A stretch of 63,808 bases of DNA, filler included. It is 5 parts of 5 records of this genome, joined end to end, with 100 filler letters (N's around TTAATTAATTAA, not from the genome) between each part and the next. Parts side by side here need not be neighbours in the genome. Positions count along the whole stretch, not along the records: positions 56,403 to 63,808 come from DRR723986_7132; 4 more parts are not named here. One strand, given 5' to 3'. The translations under genes and the position numbers were made by a program. The notes below the pieces were generated by a model. That model ran no database searches. It had not been told where the DNA came from and saw only the letters and a program-made list of their open reading frames with translations. Below are positions 57,634-63,808 of this stretch, piece after piece. The number at the start of each line of letters is the position of its first letter. Position 1 is the first letter of the stretch.

Positions 57634-58005
57634 ATGATTCAGCAAGAATCCCGAGTGAAAGTGGCCGATAACACCGGCGCCAAGGAACTTTTGGCAATTC
57701 GTGTGTTGGGTGGCTCAGGGCGCCGTTACGCGGGCCTCGGAGACATCATTGTCGCCACAGTCAAGGACGCCATTCCTGGTGGAAACGTGAAGAAGGGTGA
57801 GGTCGTCAAGGCCGTCATCGTGCGTACCGTCAAGGAAACCCGTCGTAATGATGGCTCCTACATCAAGTTTGATGAAAACGCTGCCGTGCTGATCAAGAGC
57901 AAAGAAGGTGAGCCCCGCGGAACCCGTATTTTTGGTCCCGTTGGCCGTGAACTTCGCGACAAGCGCTTCATGAAGATCATTTCGTTAGCTCCGGAGGTGC
58001 TCTAA
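57634..58005 (+). CDS. rplN: 50S ribosomal protein L14
   Basis: [23 protein letters not shown]. Confidence 0.98.
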   Translation: MIQQESRVKVADNTGAKELLAIRVLGGSGRRYAGLGDIIVATVKDAIPGGNVKKGEVVKAVIVRTVKETRRNDGSYIKFDENAAVLIKSKEGEPRGTRIFGPVGRELRDKRFMKIISLAPEVL

Positions 58006-58007
58006 CC

Positions 58008-58367
58008 ATGGCGAAGATTAAGAAGGGTGACCTCGTAGAGGTCATCTCAGGTGCCAAAGAAGCCCGCGGTGGAGACCGCGGCAAGCAGGGGCACGTCATT
58101 GAGGTGTTGGCAGAAACCAACCGCGTCCTCGTGGAAGGCGTCAACTATGTGACGAAGCACATTCGTGTCGGCCAGTCCGATCGTGGTGCTAAGACCGGTG
58201 GCGTCGAGACTCACGAAGCCCCCATTCACATTTCCAACGTGGCCATCGTGGACCCCAAGTCCAAGAAGCCCACTCGCGTTGGATACGAGAACAAGACCGT
58301 GGAAAAAAACGGTGTCAAGAAGCAGGTGCGCGTGCGCATCGCCAAGAAATCAGGAGAAGCGCTCTAA
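58008..58367 (+). CDS. rplX: 50S ribosomal protein L24
   Basis: [21 protein letters not shown]. Confidence 0.97.
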   Translation: MAKIKKGDLVEVISGAKEARGGDRGKQGHVIEVLAETNRVLVEGVNYVTKHIRVGQSDRGAKTGGVETHEAPIHISNVAIVDPKSKKPTRVGYENKTVEKNGVKKQVRVRIAKKSGEAL

Positions 58368-58960
58368 TGGCAGCAGCAACCGCCGAAGCCAAGACTTCTG
58401 CCCTCCCACGCCTGAAGGCTCAGTACCGCTCGGAGATTATCCCTGCGTTGACTGAGCAGTTTGGTTACACCAACCCTCACCAGGTTCCCGGCATCGTCAA
58501 GGTTGTCGTCAACACCGGTGTGGGTGAAGCAGCCAAAGATTCCAAGGTGATGGAAGGTGCTATCAAGGACCTCACCGCGATTACCGGTCAGAAGCCAGTA
58601 GTCACGTTGGCCAAAGTATCCATCGCTCAGTTCAAGCTGCGTGAGGGAATGCCTATTGGTGCCCACGTCACCTTGCGCGGCAACCGCGCCTGGGAATTTT
58701 TAGACCGTTTGATCAACCTGGCGCTTCCTCGCATCCGCGACTTCCGCGGTTTGAGTGACCGTCAGTTCGATGGCAACGGTAACTACACCTTCGGAATCAC
58801 CGAGCAATCGGTGTTTCACGAAATCAACCAAGACAACATTGACCGAGTTCGCGGTTTTGACATCACGCTTGTCACCACAGCGAAGACGGACGATGAAGGT
58901 CGCGCACTCCTGCTAGCACTGGGTTTCCCTTTCAAGCAGGCCAACACACCCGAGGCCTAA
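58367..58960 (+). CDS. rplE: 50S ribosomal protein L5
   Basis: [28 protein letters not shown]. Confidence 0.98.
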   Translation: MAAATAEAKTSALPRLKAQYRSEIIPALTEQFGYTNPHQVPGIVKVVVNTGVGEAAKDSKVMEGAIKDLTAITGQKPVVTLAKVSIAQFKLREGMPIGAHVTLRGNRAWEFLDRLINLALPRIRDFRGLSDRQFDGNGNYTFGITEQSVFHEINQDNIDRVRGFDITLVTTAKTDDEGRALLLALGFPFKQANTPEA

Positions 58961-58976
58961 GGGCCCTAACTAGCAA

Positions 58977-59011
58977 GGTCGGCCCAGGTGCCCCTGGAGT
59001 CGAAACCGGCC
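58977..59011 (+). promoter_or_regulatory. Structured element in rplE-rpsH intergenic region
   Basis: Outer stem GGTCGG/CCGGCC, inner stem CCAGG/CCTGG, with an AGTCGAAA bulge. Confidence 0.35.
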
Positions 59012-59030
59012 AGAGAAAAGAGAAACACCC

Positions 59031-59429
59031 ATGACCATGACAGATCCGGTCGCAGACATGCTGACCAGACTGCGTAATGCGAATCAGGCGCACCACGACA
59101 ACGTGTCGATGCCTAGTTCCAATTTGAAAACGCATATTGCTGAAATCTTGCAGCGTGAAGGCTACATCGGTAGCTGGAAGGTAGAGGATGCCCGCGTGGG
59201 TAAGTCTCTGACGTTGTCGCTGAAGTATGGCCCCAACCGCGAGCGCTCCATTGTGGGCATTAAGCGCGTGTCCAAGCCTGGTCTTCGGGTGTACGCAAAG
59301 TCGAACGAAATCCCCACTGTTCACGGTGGTTTGGGTGTCGCCATTTTGTCCACTTCGTCAGGTCTTTTGACCGACCGCGAAGCGTCCAAGAAAGGCGTGG
59401 GTGGGGAAATCCTCGCCTACGTATGGTGA
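59031..59429 (+). CDS. rpsH: 30S ribosomal protein S8
   Basis: [25 protein letters not shown]. Confidence 0.98.
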   Translation: MTMTDPVADMLTRLRNANQAHHDNVSMPSSNLKTHIAEILQREGYIGSWKVEDARVGKSLTLSLKYGPNRERSIVGIKRVSKPGLRVYAKSNEIPTVHGGLGVAILSTSSGLLTDREASKKGVGGEILAYVW

Positions 59430-59435
59430 TCTGAG

Positions 59436-59972
59436 ATGTCACGTATTGGTCGTATGCCCATTGATATTCCCTCGGGAGTAACCGTCACCATTGACGGTCA
59501 GCATGTTGCCGTCAAGGGTCCTAAGGGTGAGCTTGCACTCACCGTCAAGGAGCCCATTGAGGCCACCATGGTGGACAATCAAGTCATTGTTACCCGTCCC
59601 GATGACGAGCGCGCATCGCGTTCTCTCCACGGTTTGACCAGGACCCTGATCAACAACCAGATTCTGGGTGTGACCGAGGGCTTCCAGAAGTCACTCGAGG
59701 TCGTGGGAACTGGTTACCGTCTGGCTTCCAAAGGTCAGGGTGTGGAACTATCCCTCGGATATTCCCACTCCATCACGGTCGAACCACCGGCTGGCATCAC
59801 GTTGACCGTAGAAGGCAACGACAAGCTGACCGTAAGCGGTATCGACAAGCAAGCTGTTGGTGAAGTTGCTGCCAACATTCGCAAACTTCGCAAGCCTGAG
59901 CCTTATAAGGGCAAGGGTGTGCGCTACGCCGGCGAACAGGTCCGCCGCAAGGCCGGAAAGAGTGGTAAGTAA
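59436..59972 (+). CDS. rplF: 50S ribosomal protein L6
   Basis: [18 protein letters not shown]. Confidence 0.98.
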   Translation: MSRIGRMPIDIPSGVTVTIDGQHVAVKGPKGELALTVKEPIEATMVDNQVIVTRPDDERASRSLHGLTRTLINNQILGVTEGFQKSLEVVGTGYRLASKGQGVELSLGYSHSITVEPPAGITLTVEGNDKLTVSGIDKQAVGEVAANIRKLRKPEPYKGKGVRYAGEQVRRKAGKSGK

Positions 59973-59974
59973 AC

Positions 59975-60343
59975 ATGGCGTTCGTTAGAGGTAAGAGTCG
60001 TTCTGCGGCGAGAGATCGTCGTCACACGAGACTTCGCAAGAAGATTGTCGGCACCGAGGCCATGCCTCGCATGGTGGTCACGCGATCTGCTCGCCACGTC
60101 TTTGTCCAGGTCGTCAACGACGCCGTGGGTCACACCCTGGTGTCAGCGTCCACGATGGAAGCAGATATGCGTGCTTTCTCCGGAGACAAGACAGCCAAAG
60201 CCAAGAAGATTGGTGAAATGGTCGCCGAGCGTGCAAAGAAGGCTGGGATCACCCAGGTTGTCTTTGACCGCGGTGGTAACCGTTACGCCGGACGAGTCGC
60301 AGCCATTGCGGATGGCGCACGAGAGAGTGGATTGAAACTGTGA
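59975..60343 (+). CDS. rplR: 50S ribosomal protein L18
   Basis: [14 protein letters not shown]. Confidence 0.97.
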   Translation: MAFVRGKSRSAARDRRHTRLRKKIVGTEAMPRMVVTRSARHVFVQVVNDAVGHTLVSASTMEADMRAFSGDKTAKAKKIGEMVAERAKKAGITQVVFDRGGNRYAGRVAAIADGARESGLKL

Positions 60344-61023
60344 GCGAAGAAGTCAAGGAAGAGACCCCCGTGGTCGAGGCCGCACCTGCGACGCCCGAGG
60401 CTGACATCAGCACCGAGCCTCGCGAGGCCCGCCGTGGTAGTCGCGAACGTAACCCCAACGCGCGTGAGCGTGGTGTGCGCGAGACTGAGAAGAGTCAGTT
60501 CCTCGAGCGCGTGGTGACCATCAACCGTGTTTCCAAGGTCGTCAAGGGTGGTCGTCGCTTCAGCTTCACCGCCCTGGTGGTTGTCGGAGACGGTAACGGC
60601 ATGGTTGGCGTGGGATACGGCAAGGCCCGCGAGGTCCCTACCGCTATCTCCAAGGGTGTCGAGGACGCCAAGAAGAACTTCTTCAAGGTGCCCCGCGTCG
60701 CACAGACCATTCCCCACCCTGTTCAGGGTGAGGCAGCTGCCGGTGTCGTACTCTTGCGCCCCGCAACGCCCGGTACCGGTGTTATCGCCGGTGGTCCCGT
60801 GCGTGCCGTCCTGGAATGTGCCGGTATTCACGATGTCTTGAGCAAGTCGTTGGGTTCCTCCAACACCCTCAACATCGTTCACGCCACAGTCGCAGCCCTC
60901 AAGATGCTCGAAGAGCCTCGCGCTGTTGCGGCCCGTCGTGACGTCGAATTCGAAGACATGGCTCCTGCACACTTGATTCGTGCCGAAGCAGAAGCCCAAG
61001 TGGCAGCAAAGGCAGGTGTCTAA
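60340..61023 (+). CDS. rpsE: 30S ribosomal protein S5
   Basis: [24 protein letters not shown]. Confidence 0.98.
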   Translation: MSEEVKEETPVVEAAPATPEADISTEPREARRGSRERNPNARERGVRETEKSQFLERVVTINRVSKVVKGGRRFSFTALVVVGDGNGMVGVGYGKAREVPTAISKGVEDAKKNFFKVPRVAQTIPHPVQGEAAAGVVLLRPATPGTGVIAGGPVRAVLECAGIHDVLSKSLGSSNTLNIVHATVAALKMLEEPRAVAARRDVEFEDMAPAHLIRAEAEAQVAAKAGV

Positions 61024-61208
61024 TGGCTAAGCAGCTCAAAGTGACTCAAATTAAGTCACTGATCAGCGAAAAGCCCAACATGCGCGAAACCATTCGCAGC
61101 TTGGGGCTCAAAAGAATCGGCGACTCCGTCGTCCGTGAAGATACGTCTGTAAATCGCGGGTATGTGCGCACCGTCGCACACCTGGTGAAGGTCGAGGAGA
61201 TTGACTAA
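61023..61208 (+). CDS. rpmD: 50S ribosomal protein L30
   Basis: [21 protein letters not shown]. Confidence 0.96.
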   Translation: MAKQLKVTQIKSLISEKPNMRETIRSLGLKRIGDSVVREDTSVNRGYVRTVAHLVKVEEID

Positions 61209-62017
61209 TGGCTGAAGAAAAGAAGCCAGCTGCGAAGAAGCCAGCAGCCAAGAAGGATGCTGCGGCAAAGCCTGCTGCAGCGAAGAAGCCAGCCGCAAAG
61301 CCTGCCGCTGCCAAAGCTGGTGCCGCGAAGGCCACCCCAGCTAAGGCTCCTGCAGCAAAAACTGCTGCTGCTAAAGCTCCTGCGGCTAAGAAGCCTGCTA
61401 CTAAGGCACCTGCTGCGAAAGCCGCTGCTCCTAAAGCCCCTGCTAAAGCTGTTGCTAAGCCAGCTGCTAAGGCGCCAGCTAAGTCAGCCGCTGACAAGAG
61501 CGAAGCTCCTGTAGCTAAGACTGCTGCAAAGCCTGCGACGAAGAAGGCTGCTCCTAAAGCCGATGCGCCTGCGCGAGCCAGCGTGGTGAAGTTGCACCAC
61601 TTGCGTCCCGCTCCTGGTGCTAAGAAGGCTAAGACCCGCGTGGGTCGTGGTGAAGGTTCCAAGGGTAAGACTGCGGGACGTGGAACCAAGGGAACCAAGG
61701 CTCGCTACCAAGTGCGCCCCGGTTTCGAAGGTGGCCAGCTCACTTCGGTGATGCGTGCTCCGAAGCTTCGCGGGTTCAAGAACCCTTTCCGCGTGGAATA
61801 CCAAGTGGTCAACGTGGGACGCCTCGGCGAGCTCTACCCCAAGGGTGGAGAGGTCACCGTGAGTGATCTCGTTGCCAAGGGTGCGGTCCGCAAGAACCAA
61901 AAAGTCAAGGTTTTGGCCGAAGGTGACCTCAGCGTCGCCCTCACCGTCACCGTCGACAAAGTTTCAGCGCAGGCTATGGACAAAATTGTCAAAGCCGGCG
62001 GCGCCATCAAGGAATAA
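61208..62017 (+). CDS. rplO: 50S ribosomal protein L15 with long Ala/Lys/Pro N-terminal extension
   Basis: [24 protein letters not shown], preceded by about 125 aa of PAAK repeats. Confidence 0.96.
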   Translation: MAEEKKPAAKKPAAKKDAAAKPAAAKKPAAKPAAAKAGAAKATPAKAPAAKTAAAKAPAAKKPATKAPAAKAAAPKAPAKAVAKPAAKAPAKSAADKSEAPVAKTAAKPATKKAAPKADAPARASVVKLHHLRPAPGAKKAKTRVGRGEGSKGKTAGRGTKGTKARYQVRPGFEGGQLTSVMRAPKLRGFKNPFRVEYQVVNVGRLGELYPKGGEVTVSDLVAKGAVRKNQKVKVLAEGDLSVALTVTVDKVSAQAMDKIVKAGGAIKE

Positions 62018-62030
62018 CCACAGCGGCCCT

Positions 62031-62055
62031 GTGTCAGAAATCGACTTTCTGGCAC
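62031..62055 (+). terminator. Hairpin between rplO and secY
   Basis: GTGTCAGAAA-TCGAC-TTTCTGGCAC, with no U tract. Confidence 0.4.
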
Positions 62056-62114
62056 AGCGGCCTAAAGGGTAAGCTCGAGACCACGTGCCTCGCGGCACCT
62101 GGCAGGAGGATGAT

Positions 62115-63437
62115 GTGTTCAGTGCGTTAGGGAGAATATTCCGGACTCCGGATTTGCGTCGAAAGATTGGTTTCACACTTTTCGTCGTCGGTCTCTTTCG
62201 CTTGGGCTCTTTCATCCCCGCCCCCTTTGTGGACTACCGCAACGTTCAGCAGTGTTTGGCTGGAACGGGCGATACTGCGGGTTTGTATGAACTAATCAAC
62301 CTCTTTAGTGGTGGCGCTCTTCTGCAGCTCTCCATTTTTGCCTTGGGCATCATGCCCTACATCACAGCGTCGATTATCACGCAGCTCCTGCGCGTGGTCA
62401 TCCCTCACTTTGAAGCCCTGCATAAAGAAGGCCAGGCTGGTCAGAGCAAGCTCACCCAGTACACCCGCTACATGACCATTGGTTTGGCGCTGCTTCAGTC
62501 GACAACCTTGATTACGGTTGCCCGAAGCGGTGCACTCTTTGGTAGCTCCGGTGTCCCTGCCTGTAACCAGTTGCTCTCTAATGACACCTGGTACGCCATC
62601 ATGCTGATGGTCATCACTATGACCGCGGGAACCGGGCTGATCATGTTCATGGGCGAAATGATCACTGAGCGTGGTGTGGGTAATGGAATGTCGTTGCTCA
62701 TTTTCGTCTCTATTGCCGCAACCTTCCCCTCGTCCCTGTGGGCCATCGCTCAGACCGAGGGCTTTGAAATCTTCCTCATCGTCTTGGCTGTGGGAATCGT
62801 CATTATGGGCCTCGTGGTCTTCGTTGAGCAGTCTCAGCGTCGCGTCCCGGTTCAGTACGCCAAGCGCATGGTGGGCCGTCGCACCTATGGCGGGACCAAC
62901 ACCTATATCCCCATCAAGGTGAACATGGCCGGTGTTATTCCGGTGATCTTCGCCTCGTCACTGTTATATCTGCCCGCATTGCTCGCCCAGTTCAACCAGG
63001 TGGGCGCCGGTGGCTCCACCCCTGAATGGGTGGTGTGGATTCAGAACAACCTGACCTCGGGCGATAACCCCGTCTACATGGCGATCTACTTCTTGTTGAT
63101 TGTCGGGTTCACGTATTTCTATGTCGCGATTATCTTCAACCCCGAAGAGGTTGCCGACAACATGAAGCGCTATGGCGGCTTTATCCCCGGTATTCGTGCT
63201 GGGCGTCCCACTGCGGAATACCTCGACTACGTGTTGACCAGAATCACCCTGCCGGGTTCCTTGTATTTGGGTCTGGTGGCGTTGATACCTCTGATCGCTC
63301 TGGCGACGGTGAACGCGAATCAAAACTTCCCCTTTGGTGGTGCCAGCATTTTGATCATCGTGGGTGTGGGTCTGGACACGGTCAAGCAGATTGATTCCCA
63401 GCTGCAGCAACGTCACTACGAGGGGTTGCTTAAGTGA
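62115..63437 (+). CDS. secY: Preprotein translocase SecY
   Basis: AGGAGG RBS + GTG. FSGGAL, LGIMPYITASII, GNGMSL, AGVIPVIFA, FIPGIRAG. Confidence 0.98.
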   Translation: MFSALGRIFRTPDLRRKIGFTLFVVGLFRLGSFIPAPFVDYRNVQQCLAGTGDTAGLYELINLFSGGALLQLSIFALGIMPYITASIITQLLRVVIPHFEALHKEGQAGQSKLTQYTRYMTIGLALLQSTTLITVARSGALFGSSGVPACNQLLSNDTWYAIMLMVITMTAGTGLIMFMGEMITERGVGNGMSLLIFVSIAATFPSSLWAIAQTEGFEIFLIVLAVGIVIMGLVVFVEQSQRRVPVQYAKRMVGRRTYGGTNTYIPIKVNMAGVIPVIFASSLLYLPALLAQFNQVGAGGSTPEWVVWIQNNLTSGDNPVYMAIYFLLIVGFTYFYVAIIFNPEEVADNMKRYGGFIPGIRAGRPTAEYLDYVLTRITLPGSLYLGLVALIPLIALATVNANQNFPFGGASILIIVGVGLDTVKQIDSQLQQRHYEGLLK

Positions 63438-63808
63438 GTGCCGCAGGCACCCGCTTGCTTCTTATTGGACCTCCTGGAGCGGGTAAGGGCACCCAAGCCA
63501 GTGTTCTCTCGACCACGTTCGATGTTCCTGCCATCTCTACGGGTGATATTTTCCGCCACAACGTTGCACATGAAACCCCTTTGGGTCTCCAAGCCAAGGC
63601 GTTTATGGATGCCGGGGATAATGTTCCCGATTCCCTCACGAATGACTTGATTACGGATCGTCTCGAACAGGCTGATTGCGCCGGTGGTTTTTTGCTCGAT
63701 GGTTATCCCCGCACGACGGACCAGGTGCGCCATTTAGATGCGTTTCTGGCTGGGCACGATGCGGCGATGAATGCCGTCGTGCAGTTGGTAGCGGATCCTG
63801 ATGTCGTA
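63434..63808 (+). CDS. adk: Adenylate kinase (3'-truncated)
   Basis: GTG overlaps the secY stop. GPPGAGKGTQ, STGDIFR, LDGYPR. Confidence 0.95.
   Translation, partial: MSAAGTRLLLIGPPGAGKGTQASVLSTTFDVPAISTGDIFRHNVAHETPLGLQAKAFMDAGDNVPDSLTNDLITDRLEQADCAGGFLLDGYPRTTDQVRHLDAFLAGHDAAMNAVVQLVADPDVV

Noticed and set aside
58977-59011. Hammerhead ribozyme (GAAAC present)
   Set aside because: No CUGANGA core and no third stem.

Overview
The window is not one chromosome. It is five unrelated contigs joined by four identical 100-nt artificial linkers (N-run + TTAATTAATTAA + N-run). (1) 1-19994, Rhodobacteraceae-like: the right part of a dusA-integrated mobilizable island. It carries phased iteron-like repeats, a divergent Rep_3-like gene, kfrA-like, a MOBQ relaxase with oriT and mobC-like, a yeeABC-type methylase/helicase/GIY-YIG module, an OLD-family ATPase-TOPRIM gene and a tyrosine integrase. 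Core genes follow (dusA, TauE, ruvX, ccmI, sarcosine oxidase soxB). (2) 20095-32282, Marinobacter-like: ovoA plus a dense sulfur/peroxide cluster (Prx6, DUF442, pdo, sqr, cytochrome b + octaheme OTR, exported DsrE, TDT channel, exported rhodanese, ccp). Three of its promoters share a TATA-N4-TATA motif and there are three FNR/Anr-type boxes. (3) 32383-46327, Bacteroidota/Ignavibacteria/Kapabacteria-like: hairpins plus a 10x13-bp array, L,D-transpeptidase, murA, envC, recG, def, amidase, corA, a catalytically degenerate tyrosine recombinase and rlmD. (4) 46428-56302, high-GC alphaproteobacterium: qhpE-qhpF-qhpR-like end of a quinohemoprotein amine dehydrogenase operon, sbcDC, racemase/deaminase/ABC. 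(5) 56403-63808, Microbacteriaceae-like S10/spc ribosomal operon lacking rpsN, with a histone-H1-like extension on L15. Best candidates for something new: the dusA island with its four-gene defence cassette, the co-regulated Sqr/Pdo/OTR sulfur cluster, and the pseudo-recombinase. Taxonomy and family calls come from motif recognition by eye, not database searches.
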